A stretch of 64,000 nt of DNA from Promethearchaeota archaeon (GTDB taxonomy: Archaea; Asgardarchaeota; Lokiarchaeia; Sigyniarchaeales; SOKP01). Made by a program: the position numbers and the translations under genes. Shown piece by piece: positions 1 to 9,882 of this stretch. Location of the stretch: NCBI GenBank assembly GCA_016839705.1, contig JAEOTR010000016.1, positions 64,001 to 128,000 on the forward strand, written 5' to 3'. Below the pieces are notes generated by a model. That model was not told where the DNA came from. It saw only the letters and a list, made by a program, of their open reading frames with translations, and ran no database searches. Positions within the stretch are counted from its first letter, which is position 1; each line of letters opens with the position of its first letter.

Positions 1-740
1 TTTCCAATATCCAGGCTAAGGATCATATCAATATTCACATCTACAGCTGCTAATATTTCAGAAGGATCCATAGAATCTATGCTAAGTAAAATCTTAAAAT
101 TACTCCTTAAAATTTGGATAATTTCTTTAACTTTTAGGGGATTTGGCTTATTTGACACGCACCCAATATCAATTATATCGGCTCCTGAATCAATATAATG
201 TTTAGCCTTCTTGATAATACTTTTATCACTTTTATCCGTACAGTTTACTATTTCGGCTATAATCGGTGGTGGGAGGTCTCTTCCTATTATTAATTCGGAT
301 TTTTCCTCATTAATATAAAAGGTTTGTAGTCCTAGATCTTTCTTTGCTGTATCATATCGCTCTTTTACTATTTGGTTATAGAGATCTTCACCGGAGAATT
401 CGATTATTTTATTAGCGGGGATAACATTAGATAAATCTACATTTTCAATTTTTTTTAATAAGGCGGGGAGTTCTGAGGCGAATTCAGGTCCTTTCCGTAT
501 CCTAACAGAGAATTTTTCTTCCAAGGAGGTTGAGTCCCATTGTACAAAACCGGGTAGTAAAACAAGATCATAATTTAAAATTGATTTAGTATTAAGAATT
601 TCTTCCGTTAAGGATTCATCTAAAAATGCCGATACCGAAATTGGAGCTTCTTCAATTTCTATTGTGTGAATTTTAACTGAATTTATGATTTTTTTTATAA
701 TTGGATAACTTTGTGTACCTGTAATGATAAGTATTTTAAT
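1..740 (-). CDS. Dihydropteroate synthase-related protein (archaeal methanopterin type), truncated by window edge; probable ATT start
   Basis: Manual translation (absent from ORF track): IKILIITG...YDLVLLPG...IRKGPEFASELP...PPIIAEIV...GADIIDIG...LSIDS...MILSLD. The frame opens at ATT 740, right after an in-frame TAG. Confidence 0.85.
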   Translation of the reverse strand, partial: MKILIITGTQSYPIIKKIINSVKIHTIEIEEAPISVSAFLDESLTEEILNTKSILNYDLVLLPGFVQWDSTSLEEKFSVRIRKGPEFASELPALLKKIENVDLSNVIPANKIIEFSGEDLYNQIVKERYDTAKKDLGLQTFYINEEKSELIIGRDLPPPIIAEIVNCTDKSDKSIIKKAKHYIDSGADIIDIGCVSNKPNPLKVKEIIQILRSNFKILLSIDSMDPSEILAAVDVNIDMILSLDIG

Positions 741-1887
741 CTAAATCACTCATCAATTTATCTTTATCAAATGGAATAAAAATATTATCTAAAATTGAAC
801 CTGACGCTTGTTTTATTTTTAGATTATTAATTATATGCTTAAATCTTCCCCCTAAAAGCCCGTTTGCTATAAAAGTTGCACCTTGAGCAGCACGCTTAGC
901 TATTTGACTATACGTTTTCATTATTCTCACAGGCGCTACATCACTCAATCCTTTTACAATCCTATCATTTAAATATCTAAGATCTGCACCTCTTCCTGCT
1001 AACAATATCTCCTTAATTTTTTCTTTTTTTGAAAAAGAAGAAGAAATTCCAAAAACTGCCTTTTTAACACTTGATATGTAAGCCTTTAGAGCAATTTTTA
1101 CTTGTTCGTCATTCTCTGCTAATAAAGTGATTTCCTTGAGACTTAAATCAGAAAAACCTGCAATCGAAGCAACTCCTCCTTTATAGATGTTTTCTTTATG
1201 TATTTTTTTAATTAAATATGCTAATTCACCGTCAAGGCTTCCACAAGCCCTAAAACCCATAATGTTGGAGCCTCCAATTCCATCAATTATTTGCCCATTT
1301 TCAATTGCTAAAACAGCGGTAAAACCATATCCAATTTCAACCATTATGAAATTTGTATCCTCTGGTTTACATTGATATGTTTCTATCTGATCTCTGATCC
1401 CCACAACAGCAGTGCACAATTTATCCGCAGTTCCCATATCAATCTTGTTAATTTTACGATAATTAGGAACAGTGGGAAGGTGTTTAACACCGGGGACAAT
1501 TACAGCTTTAGTCTTTTCTGCTTTAATAAGCCTTAGAATTTCACCGAGTCCTAGAAGTTTTTTTTGATCTTCTCTTTCAAATTTTAGTAAGGTAAAAAAA
1601 ATGTCTTTCTCAGTTATATCCTTGACATCTTTTAATGGAAGGCCAAAACCACTTGGGGCAACCATTAAATCAAGATTTTCAAGAGATCTAATCAGGTTTA
1701 TAACTTTTTGAGGTTCTTGAACTATTTCCTTAGTAGGAACTGAAGTATCCAAAATTATTTCATTTCCTTTTAAAGCAAAGAAGTCCCACGACTTCGAACC
1801 AGGATCCACACCTAAGGCAGATAATTCTCGCAGAGTCACTTTATTCATGTTTTTAAATAAATCTATGATTTTAGAAAATTTAATCAA
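736..1887 (-). CDS. DUF1464 family protein (ASKHA fold, butyrate-kinase-like)
   Basis: GVDPGSKSWD, APSGFGLP, KIDMGTADK, EIGYGFTA, IIDGIGG and AAQGA motifs. True start is probably the second Met (MNKV). Confidence 0.8.
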   Translation of the reverse strand: MIKFSKIIDLFKNMNKVTLRELSALGVDPGSKSWDFFALKGNEIILDTSVPTKEIVQEPQKVINLIRSLENLDLMVAPSGFGLPLKDVKDITEKDIFFTLLKFEREDQKKLLGLGEILRLIKAEKTKAVIVPGVKHLPTVPNYRKINKIDMGTADKLCTAVVGIRDQIETYQCKPEDTNFIMVEIGYGFTAVLAIENGQIIDGIGGSNIMGFRACGSLDGELAYLIKKIHKENIYKGGVASIAGFSDLSLKEITLLAENDEQVKIALKAYISSVKKAVFGISSSFSKKEKIKEILLAGRGADLRYLNDRIVKGLSDVAPVRIMKTYSQIAKRAAQGATFIANGLLGGRFKHIINNLKIKQASGSILDNIFIPFDKDKLMSDLD

Positions 1888-2004
1888 TAATAAGGATATT
1901 CATTCTACTTTTAGATTTTAAGTTAAAATTATTTATATTTGGATGACTTTCTAGTCATAATTCAATTATACAAATAAAATGAATGAAGTAAATTCAATTT
2001 AAAA

Positions 2005-2553
2005 TTGGGAGTAAAAATTATGGCAGTTACAGTTTGGGTATGTAAAATATGTGGAGAAGCCTATATTACTACTACGGATAAACCTGCAAGATGCCCTTTT
2101 TGTGGAGCTTATGAGAAATATCTCATAGATTCAAAAGATTATGATGACACTGGAGATTGGGATGTTGAATTAAATGAAACTGATAAAGCTAACGCTGAAA
2201 AGGCTATAGGGGTAGAAATTTCTAATGCACTTTTTTATAAATGTTCTGCAAAAAAAGTTAAGGAAATCGATGGTATAAAGCTATTTAAGATACTAGCTAA
2301 GGTTGAGAGTGAACATGCAGCTGTATGGAAGAAAATCTTAAAATTAGATAAGATTAAATGGGAACCCGCAGAGAATTGTGAAATAGACTACAAAGCAGAC
2401 TTAAAAGATTCTCATGCTAGAGAGGAGAGAGCCATAAAGTTTTATGGTGAAGCTGCTGCCGCTGCAGAGAATCCTCGAGTAAAAGAAATTTTCCAGGCTT
2501 TTGTTGAGGTTGAAACAGATCATTTAAAATTATCTGAAGAAAGGCTTAAATAA
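2005..2553 (+). CDS. Rubrerythrin-like protein (N-terminal rubredoxin-type CxxC/CPxC plus ferritin-like domain)
   Basis: WVCKICG...CPFCGA; two ExxH motifs (ESEH, ETDH). Confidence 0.85.
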   Translation: MGVKIMAVTVWVCKICGEAYITTTDKPARCPFCGAYEKYLIDSKDYDDTGDWDVELNETDKANAEKAIGVEISNALFYKCSAKKVKEIDGIKLFKILAKVESEHAAVWKKILKLDKIKWEPAENCEIDYKADLKDSHAREERAIKFYGEAAAAAENPRVKEIFQAFVEVETDHLKLSEERLK

Positions 2554-2599
2554 TTAGTATTAGTTTATATTTTTTTTTCTATTTTATTTATTTAGGAAC

Positions 2600-3589
2600 A
2601 TGGTTGAAACAGAAGAAGGATTTATCTTTAATATTCAACGGTTTTCGACCGAAGATGGACCTGGCATTCGGACTACTGTGTTCTTTAAACAATGTCCATT
2701 AAAATGTATTTGGTGTCATAATCCTGAGTCAATTTTAAAGGATAGACAACTTGAATGGTTAAAACATAAATGTATTGGATGTAATAGCTGTATTGAAATA
2801 TGCAAACATAAGGCACTTTTCTTCAACGAAAGTGGATTAATAATTGATAGAGATATATGTACAAGTTGTGGGGAGTGTTCGGATGAGTGTCCTAGTACTG
2901 CTCTACATATGTGGGGTGAATATTGGAATTCAAATGATTTATTTAAAGAAATTCAAAAAGATAAGGTGTATTATACTCAATCGAAGGGAGGGGTTACTGT
3001 TTCTGGAGGTGAGCCTACAATTCAATCAGATTTTATCCTAAAATTTCTGAAAATGTGTAAGGAGGACGGCATTAACACTGCTCTTGATACGTGTGGATAT
3101 GCCCCAGAACATATTTACCGAAAACTATTACCCTATGTTGATCTTGTGTTATTTGATATCAAGGAAATTGATATGGAGAAGCATAAACAATTCACGAGTA
3201 TACCAAATGATTTAATCTTACGGAACGCTATTTGGCTTGCTGATTACATACGAAATAATAACAAACAGTTATGGGTAAGAACTCCTATAATTCCAAATTA
3301 TACCGCAACTGAAGAAAATATTAGAGCTATTGGAGAATTTATAGTGCATAAGTTGGGTAACACCCCCGAACGTTGGGATCTACTGGCTTTTAATAACTTA
3401 TGTTCTGCAAAATATGAACGTTTAAATCTTGAATGGCCCCTTAAAGATGAGCATTTAATGTTGAAAGCCCAAATGGAACACTTTTTAGAAATCGCAACAG
3501 GTACAGGAGTTAGAAATCCAAAATGGTCAGGTTTAGTTAAAAAACTAGAAGATAAAGAAGAAAATAAAAAAAGTATGGGAGTATTATAG
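2600..3589 (+). CDS. Glycyl-radical enzyme activating protein (radical SAM with ferredoxin insert)
   Basis: IQRFSTEDGPGIRTTVFFKQCPLKCIWCHNPE, two CxxCxxC ferredoxin motifs, GGVTVSGGEP, DTCG. Confidence 0.92.
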   Translation: MVETEEGFIFNIQRFSTEDGPGIRTTVFFKQCPLKCIWCHNPESILKDRQLEWLKHKCIGCNSCIEICKHKALFFNESGLIIDRDICTSCGECSDECPSTALHMWGEYWNSNDLFKEIQKDKVYYTQSKGGVTVSGGEPTIQSDFILKFLKMCKEDGINTALDTCGYAPEHIYRKLLPYVDLVLFDIKEIDMEKHKQFTSIPNDLILRNAIWLADYIRNNNKQLWVRTPIIPNYTATEENIRAIGEFIVHKLGNTPERWDLLAFNNLCSAKYERLNLEWPLKDEHLMLKAQMEHFLEIATGTGVRNPKWSGLVKKLEDKEENKKSMGVL

Positions 3590-3594
3590 TTCCT

Positions 3595-4296
3595 ATGAGT
3601 TTTGATCCATTAGATTTTGGATTAAAGAAAGATTATTTGTATGAAATAATCGCCACTTCATATTCGATCACTAACGATGGTACCACAATCAAGCCAAATG
3701 CTTCCTGCATGGGCATTAGATTGGTAGAAAACAATATAATACAGATAAAACCATTTTACACGACATCCACTTATCAAAATTTAAAAAATAATAGTATTAT
3801 TACTCTAAATTTTATTGATGATGTGTATTTATATGCTATTGCTGCATTAAAAGATCCTAATTCTCCAATAGGGTTAGTTGAATTTCCCATTAAATATTAT
3901 GAATTTAAACATCTAGAATCTCTTAGCATGGATATACCATATATTAAAAGTGCTTGGGGCATTTTAACCTGTAAAGTTTATAAAGAATTTCAGGAAATTA
4001 AAAAAAACGATTTAGGAGAAACAATTGTACCAATTTTTCGTTTAGAAGTCATTTCAAGTGATTTATTTGAAGTATCCCATAAACTGTTTAATCGAGCAGA
4101 AAATTTAGCTTTAGAGGTAATAATATTAGCGACACGTTTAAAAATCGCTATAAAAAACAAGGATGAGCCCTTAATCTCAAAAATTTTTAATAAAATTAAG
4201 GAAAACTTCAATGATGTTAAAAGATTCGGTAAAAATGAAAAAGCTATAAAGACAATCGAATTAGTGGATAATTATATTAGTAAGTTAATGCAGTAA
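3595..4296 (+). CDS. DUF447 family protein (split-barrel, methanopterin-associated)
   Basis: YEIIAT...PNASCMG...TYQNL...FNRA...LEVIILATR pattern; methanopterin gene context. Confidence 0.75.
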   Translation: MSFDPLDFGLKKDYLYEIIATSYSITNDGTTIKPNASCMGIRLVENNIIQIKPFYTTSTYQNLKNNSIITLNFIDDVYLYAIAALKDPNSPIGLVEFPIKYYEFKHLESLSMDIPYIKSAWGILTCKVYKEFQEIKKNDLGETIVPIFRLEVISSDLFEVSHKLFNRAENLALEVIILATRLKIAIKNKDEPLISKIFNKIKENFNDVKRFGKNEKAIKTIELVDNYISKLMQ

Positions 4297-4316
4297 TCTT
4301 ATATATAAAAAAACAA

Positions 4317-4712
4317 TTATTCAAATTTACTTATTTTTTCAATAAACATGAGAGGATATTGTAATTCTTCAATCCAATCCACCTTTGCTAGAACTTCAAT
4401 ATCTTCATACCTAAGAATTAGTTCGGCACGAATAATTTTTCCTGTAATCTCATCATAATTAAAAGGTGTATTTTTATTTGCGACGATTTTCTCTTTGTCT
4501 AGAATAATCATTACTGACTCCACAAAGGGTTGACAAGAGATTGCGGCTTCAATTCCTTTTTCAATTGAATTAATTATTTTGTCATCAGAACTTACAGGAA
4601 TCCCACTCATTATATGATAAAGCGCACCGAGTTTTATACCTGTTTCAAAACAGGCTCTTTCTCTATTAGTTAAATCTGGTGAAAAATATATTTTTTCAAT
4701 ATTATCGGGCAT
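4317..4712 (-). CDS. mptD: Archaeal dihydroneopterin aldolase (DUF381)
   Basis: RERACFETGIKLGALYH, QPFVESV, ELQYPLM. Confidence 0.88.
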   Translation of the reverse strand: MPDNIEKIYFSPDLTNRERACFETGIKLGALYHIMSGIPVSSDDKIINSIEKGIEAAISCQPFVESVMIILDKEKIVANKNTPFNYDEITGKIIRAELILRYEDIEVLAKVDWIEELQYPLMFIEKISKFE

Positions 4713-4718
4713 CGAAAA

Positions 4719-5738
4719 TCAATCAATATATTCTATTCTTGCTCCAGAATTATTTGGTTTACAAATATAAATATGACCCCCACCATTTTTCTGATTCTTT
4801 TGAACTGTTTTCAAGAGTTCTTCTGCTTCTGAATCTGATTCTACAATTCCCACTACACTAGGGCCAAAGGAAGACATCCCATAAGCTTTTAAACCATACT
4901 CTTCGAAGAATTTTAGCAAATCCTTTACTATTTGATGTTGTAGGTTAATTTCTATTTTTTTAAATCCAATAGATTGTATCCGTTTTAAACCATCCCCAAA
5001 ACACTTTAAATCATTCTTAATAATTCCGGGAATGATCTTCATTATTATTTGATGAGAAACCTCGTTTACTTCTCTTTGAGGAATTGGGGCATAATTTTGA
5101 AAAACTCTGATTTCTTCATCTCCGTAAGCTCCTTTCTTAACATTTGGGATCACTAAAACAAATCGCCAATTATCAGGTATATTATGTCTAGAAAGTGTTA
5201 TCGCGGGATTGGACGAAGATGAGGCAGATGATGGTAAAAAACTTTCCTTCTCTTTTCCTTTCCCATAATCATGTCCACCGTCTAAAATGAAACCTCCCGT
5301 TTCAAAACCCCTCCAGCCTATTCCAGAAGTTCCCCCTCGCTCAACGAGTTGAGTCAATTCTTTAATCGAAAGCTTGTTATACTTCTTTAACTTAGTTATT
5401 GCAGTAATGATTGCTAAAGACAATTGAGTTTTTGAACCCAACCCTACATGTGAAGGAAAGTATCTTTTAAGATTGAAGTGGAAATTTTTGTTACTGATAT
5501 TAAAGGTTTTAAAAACTTTTGAAGCAATCTCATTTATTACTTCTATTGATTCTCTATAGTATTTATGAGCTTCAATTGAAAATTCTTCAGCACTGTTTGA
5601 GGCTTCAAACACGACGTTAGGGCGATCTAACATAAGACCTATACCGCCATCAACTCGACCGGTGTACCCATTCTCGTCTATTAAGGAAAGGTGTATACGA
5701 CATGGGGTTGTTATTCTTAAGGAAGTCATATTGTTCAA
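4719..5738 (-). CDS. mptG: Beta-ribofuranosylaminobenzene 5'-phosphate synthase (GHMP family)
   Basis: PCRIHLSLID...RVDGGIG, PSHVGLGSKTQ, RGGTSGIG, GGFILDGG, GMSSFGP. Confidence 0.9.
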   Translation of the reverse strand: MNNMTSLRITTPCRIHLSLIDENGYTGRVDGGIGLMLDRPNVVFEASNSAEEFSIEAHKYYRESIEVINEIASKVFKTFNISNKNFHFNLKRYFPSHVGLGSKTQLSLAIITAITKLKKYNKLSIKELTQLVERGGTSGIGWRGFETGGFILDGGHDYGKGKEKESFLPSSASSSSNPAITLSRHNIPDNWRFVLVIPNVKKGAYGDEEIRVFQNYAPIPQREVNEVSHQIIMKIIPGIIKNDLKCFGDGLKRIQSIGFKKIEINLQHQIVKDLLKFFEEYGLKAYGMSSFGPSVVGIVESDSEAEELLKTVQKNQKNGGGHIYICKPNNSGARIEYID

Positions 5739-5941
5739 TTTAGAAGTACACTTTCAACTATGGTTTAGAATTTTTATAATAATATAAATATATTTTAAAG
5801 CAGAATTTTAAAATTGAAGGCTTTTTAACATAAATTTCCCTATCACCCAGAGATAGGCTCTTTATTAACAATCAAAGAATTTTTCTATTAGATTTTGCTA
5901 TAAAGTTTATTACTTAAATTCATAATTTTTAGGTTATATTA

Positions 5942-7336
5942 TTGAGTGATCTAGAAGGATTAACAAGAAATTTATTAAAAAAAGGGTATACGGACCAGCA
6001 AATCATTCAAAGACTAGTCAAGGAATATCATGACTTTAAAGAAATTGAGGATGCCTCAGCTATAAAACTTGCGACAGCCATCTTAGATGAATGTCAAAAA
6101 AGCGACAAAAATCAAATAAAGGACTCTTTTATTAAAGAATTATTAGACATAAATAAAGCCGAAGTTACAGTAGGCGAGCAAGGTGTGGGATGTAGAGGTG
6201 CAGGAGATTTTTTTGTTCATAAAATAATCGCTGAATTATCAGAAACAGGATCCAAAGCTTTTTTAGCACCCACCTCCCTAGATGATGCAGGAGCAGTCAA
6301 GTTGCAAGATATTAAAGATAGTAACAATTTTTTAGTCTCTGGAGAAAATTTGTTTATTGTAACAAAAATGGAAGGGATTCATTCTCGTTTAAGCGATTTT
6401 CCATTTATCTGTGGATTTCATGTCACTCGAGCGTGTTTAAGGGATTTACTTGTTAAAGGAGCCAAACCTATTTCTATAATGGTTGATGTTCACTTAGGTG
6501 ATGATGCAGATGTAAGTAAACTTTTTGATTTTATGGCAGGAGTCTCTTCAATTTCAGAATTAGCAAAAGTTCCAATTACTGCAGGTTCAACATTGAGAAT
6601 AGGCGGTGATATGGTAATTGGTGATCGATTAGTCGGAGGTGTAAGTGCTGTTGGCATATGTAATAATTTATTAGCCAGAAGAAATATTTCAATTGGTGAT
6701 AAAATATTAATGACTGAGGGTGCTGGTGGAGGCACAATAACTACAACCGCAATCTATTCTGGTAATCATAATGTTGCAAAAGAAACCATAAATATCAAAT
6801 TTCTTGAAGCTTGTGAATTACTATTAAATTCTGATTATCTAAAAGATATTAGGGCTATGTGTGATGTTACTAATGGGGGTCTTCGAGGGGATCTCTATGA
6901 AATAAACTATGAGGCTAATTGTGGGGTGACAATTTATGAAAAAGAGGTTAAAAAACTTGTGAATCAGAACGTGTTAAATCTTTTAGAGAAAGTGCAAATA
7001 GATTACTTGGGTGTATCTCTAGATGCACTCCTAATTTATTGCTCAGAATCTATTTCAAAAAAGATCATTTCAGATTTAAAGAGTATAAATATTGAATGTG
7101 CTGAAATTGGTTTCGTCGATGGTTCTAGGGAAGTATCCATGATCTATTCCGATGAATTGAAAAAGAAAATCTTGCCACGATTTAGAGAGTCAGCATATAC
7201 AAAGGTGAAACAAGTGATTGGTGAAGAAACTCCAGAATTAATAGGAGAAATGGAAAAGAAAATTGAAGTAGCAGCCAACGCTGCTTTAGAAAAGCGGGAG
7301 AAGATTATCAAATATATTAAAAATATTCATTCTTAA
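5942..7336 (+). CDS. AIR synthase-related (PurM/HypE/ThiL superfamily) protein
   Basis: GVGCRGAGDFFVH, DDAG, EGIHSRLSDFPF, GSTLRIGGD, CDVTNGGLRGD, DYLGVSLD. Confidence 0.8.
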   Translation: MSDLEGLTRNLLKKGYTDQQIIQRLVKEYHDFKEIEDASAIKLATAILDECQKSDKNQIKDSFIKELLDINKAEVTVGEQGVGCRGAGDFFVHKIIAELSETGSKAFLAPTSLDDAGAVKLQDIKDSNNFLVSGENLFIVTKMEGIHSRLSDFPFICGFHVTRACLRDLLVKGAKPISIMVDVHLGDDADVSKLFDFMAGVSSISELAKVPITAGSTLRIGGDMVIGDRLVGGVSAVGICNNLLARRNISIGDKILMTEGAGGGTITTTAIYSGNHNVAKETINIKFLEACELLLNSDYLKDIRAMCDVTNGGLRGDLYEINYEANCGVTIYEKEVKKLVNQNVLNLLEKVQIDYLGVSLDALLIYCSESISKKIISDLKSINIECAEIGFVDGSREVSMIYSDELKKKILPRFRESAYTKVKQVIGEETPELIGEMEKKIEVAANAALEKREKIIKYIKNIHS

Positions 7337-8157
7337 TTGAGTGTAAGAACTTCATTCATCGAACCAGAGCGAAACCCTTCTAAGTCAAAAGTGACGTAAC
7401 TAAAACCTAATTCCTTAAATTTTTCTTTAATTAAACTGATGTTTTCAGGTGTTAGAACTTTCTGAAAATCTTCTTGTAATAATTCAATTCGAGCTAAAGA
7501 ATTTTCATGGTGTCTAACTCTTAATTGTTTCAGATTAAAAGTGTTTTTCAAAAATTTCTCTCCTTCCCTTATCCGATTTAATTTTTCCTCATTTATCTCC
7601 TGTCCATATGGAACTCTTGAGGAAAAGCAAGCCATAGACGGTTTTGACTGAACAGATAAGTTAAAAAACTTGCTAAGTTCCCGAATTTCTTGTTTGTTTA
7701 TATTATATTCAATATATGGGGTAAAAATGTTTAACTCCTTCAATGCTTGCATTCCTGGACGATAATCTAAGAGATCATCTGCATTTGATCCATCCAAGAT
7801 GGTATCAAATTTTTTTTCTATTCTCACATTAATAATATCTTCATAAAGACCAGTTTTACATAGATAGCATCTATTTTCTGGATTACATTGGAAATCTTTA
7901 TCTTTTAACGGATCTCGTTCAATTATTCTATGAGGGATATTATGTGAATTAGCAAAGTGACTTGCTTCATCAATTTCCTCATCAGGATATAGGATGGTTT
8001 TTTCAGTTATAAGCAAAGTTTCTTTAGCATACCTACTTGAGAGATAGGCTAAGAGTGAGCTATCCACGCCTCCAGAAAAAGCCACAATTACTTTTTTTCC
8101 CTTTAGATATGAAATAATATTTTCTAACTTCTTTTCTATGTTATTTGGGAGTTCCAT
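7333..8157 (-). CDS. larE: ATP-dependent sacrificial sulfur transferase LarE (PP-loop)
   Basis: AFSGGVDS, NRCYLCK, DGSNADDLLDYRPG, KPSMACFSSR, DLEGFRSGSMN. Confidence 0.92.
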   Translation of the reverse strand: MELPNNIEKKLENIISYLKGKKVIVAFSGGVDSSLLAYLSSRYAKETLLITEKTILYPDEEIDEASHFANSHNIPHRIIERDPLKDKDFQCNPENRCYLCKTGLYEDIINVRIEKKFDTILDGSNADDLLDYRPGMQALKELNIFTPYIEYNINKQEIRELSKFFNLSVQSKPSMACFSSRVPYGQEINEEKLNRIREGEKFLKNTFNLKQLRVRHHENSLARIELLQEDFQKVLTPENISLIKEKFKELGFSYVTFDLEGFRSGSMNEVLTLN

Positions 8158-8268
8158 AATACAGTTTTAAAATCATTTGATAGAAAATGTATAGTATTGT
8201 ACAAAATAAAAATTTCGATTATAGGTTAAAAATTATAAAATCGAAAAAAAATGTAAAAATGAGGATAT

Positions 8269-9072
8269 TTACCATTTAAAGTTAGGATTAAAAAACAGTA
8301 TAGAGTTAAGCTTCTGTAACGTGATGAAAACTATTACATAATACCAGGTTAAAGCACTAAAAAGCATTATCCATTCCAGAAATTGTCTTGTTAATGGTTC
8401 TGGGGCAATCATAAATACTATCGAAGCAGTTGATGGACCCAATATCATAAAATAGCCAACTGCTTTTGGAAATAATCTTCTTTTTAATACAATCGCGAGG
8501 CCTGTGAAAAATGCACCAAAGGCGAAACCTCCAAAGGCTAATGAAGAAAAGTAAAAATGGGCATCCAATGGGGAACGATCTAAGCTAAACACACCAACAA
8601 AGAACATACCAAATATCCCCACAAAAAGACATACAACACCCATATATCCAAAAATTCTTCTAAATTTGATTACATTCCGAGAACGTTTTGTGTTATCTAT
8701 ATCTTCAATCATATGTGAACTATAGAGCCTACTAAGATTTAAAATTAAGGGAACAATGAAAATTGCAGATATAGTACATGTTAAATCAAGAATATACGGT
8801 GCGGGAGTATATTTAATTGAACCTAAATCACTAATCCAATTCAACCATAAGTTATAAGGAATTGGACCATAAGTTAGTGCAATAATCAGACCAAGGATTA
8901 TACCTGGTAAAAAGGTTGCTAAACTAATATAAATTGAAATTTTCACAATTTTCGGTTCAGTTACCTTTTCATAAAACTTCTTACTATTTCGCTTAATTCT
9001 CATGAACTTCGGATTTACAAAATCCACACAAAATTTATTAAATCGTTCCAAATAAGTTTCTTTTTCGCTCAT
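8269..9072 (-). CDS. DUF998-like multi-pass membrane protein
   Basis: NWISDLGS motif, GVFSLD...H and about 5 hydrophobic helices. Confidence 0.6.
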   Translation of the reverse strand: MSEKETYLERFNKFCVDFVNPKFMRIKRNSKKFYEKVTEPKIVKISIYISLATFLPGIILGLIIALTYGPIPYNLWLNWISDLGSIKYTPAPYILDLTCTISAIFIVPLILNLSRLYSSHMIEDIDNTKRSRNVIKFRRIFGYMGVVCLFVGIFGMFFVGVFSLDRSPLDAHFYFSSLAFGGFAFGAFFTGLAIVLKRRLFPKAVGYFMILGPSTASIVFMIAPEPLTRQFLEWIMLFSALTWYYVIVFITLQKLNSILFFNPNFKW

Positions 9073-9249
9073 TTTATTTCTCTATAATAGTTTCATTAAT
9101 TTATCATCGATAATAAAGTTTCTCTAACTCCAAAATTGATTTCAGAGTAAAATTAACCCGTTTTTCTTATTTATGTTATAGATTTTATCTATTTATTTCT
9201 ACCTTTTTCATCAAATTCTTTTTAAATTAAAAAAAAATACGAAGATTTA

Positions 9250-9301
9250 AATACTGTGTTTAATATAGTATTCATAAGATAATATAGAATAAATACTATA
9301 T
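9250..9301. promoter_or_regulatory. Imperfect inverted repeats overlapping the padR promoter (candidate operator)
   Basis: AATACTGTGTT-T-AATATAGTATT (9250-9272, 9/11 symmetric) and ATATAGAAT-AA-ATACTATAT (9282-9301), next to TATA-like TTTAAATA (9246-9253). Confidence 0.4.
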
Positions 9302-9330
9302 AAATTAAAAATAAAACAAATAAAAAGGAG

Positions 9331-9882
9331 TTGATAGCTATTATTAAACGCGTAAAGGAATTAGGGTCTAATGCGTTAATCGCTTCAAGAGAATTTCGAG
9401 ATTACGTTGAAAAACAAGAAACGGAGATTAATCGAGGAATAAGCTCTCTTTGTATATTATCAATTCTAATGCAAACAGAGGAAAAAGAACTCCATGGATA
9501 TAAAATTTTAAAAGATCTCACAAAGAAGACAAATGAGATGTTAATTATCGAAGAGGGAACACTTTACCCAATACTAAGAAAACTAGAAGAAGATAACATC
9601 ATTAGTTCAAGAAAAGAAGAAACTGGAAGAAAAAAGAAATTCTATTGCATGACTGAATATGGAAAACAAGTCTTTAATCACCTCGCAGGATTTTATTCAA
9701 AACTAACTGAAGCGATCGCACCTTTATTTGATGTAAAGGTTGATTTACAACAAGAAAAATACTTTTATTGTCCAATGTGTGCCAATAAAATTGATCTTTC
9801 GAATAAAGAACTAAAATTTTGTACAATTTGTGGTTATAATATTGAACAAGAATTAATTGAAAGAGGTTTAAGAAATGAGTGA
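9331..9882 (+). CDS. PadR family transcriptional regulator with C-terminal zinc ribbon
   Basis: HGYKI...EGTLYPILRKLE...RKKKFYCMTEYG; CPMC...CTIC. Confidence 0.88.
   Translation: MIAIIKRVKELGSNALIASREFRDYVEKQETEINRGISSLCILSILMQTEEKELHGYKILKDLTKKTNEMLIIEEGTLYPILRKLEEDNIISSRKEETGRKKKFYCMTEYGKQVFNHLAGFYSKLTEAIAPLFDVKVDLQQEKYFYCPMCANKIDLSNKELKFCTICGYNIEQELIERGLRNE

Noticed and set aside
5839-5857. CCTATC-N7-GATAGG palindrome in a divergent promoter region
   Set aside because: Only 6 bp per arm and a single occurrence.
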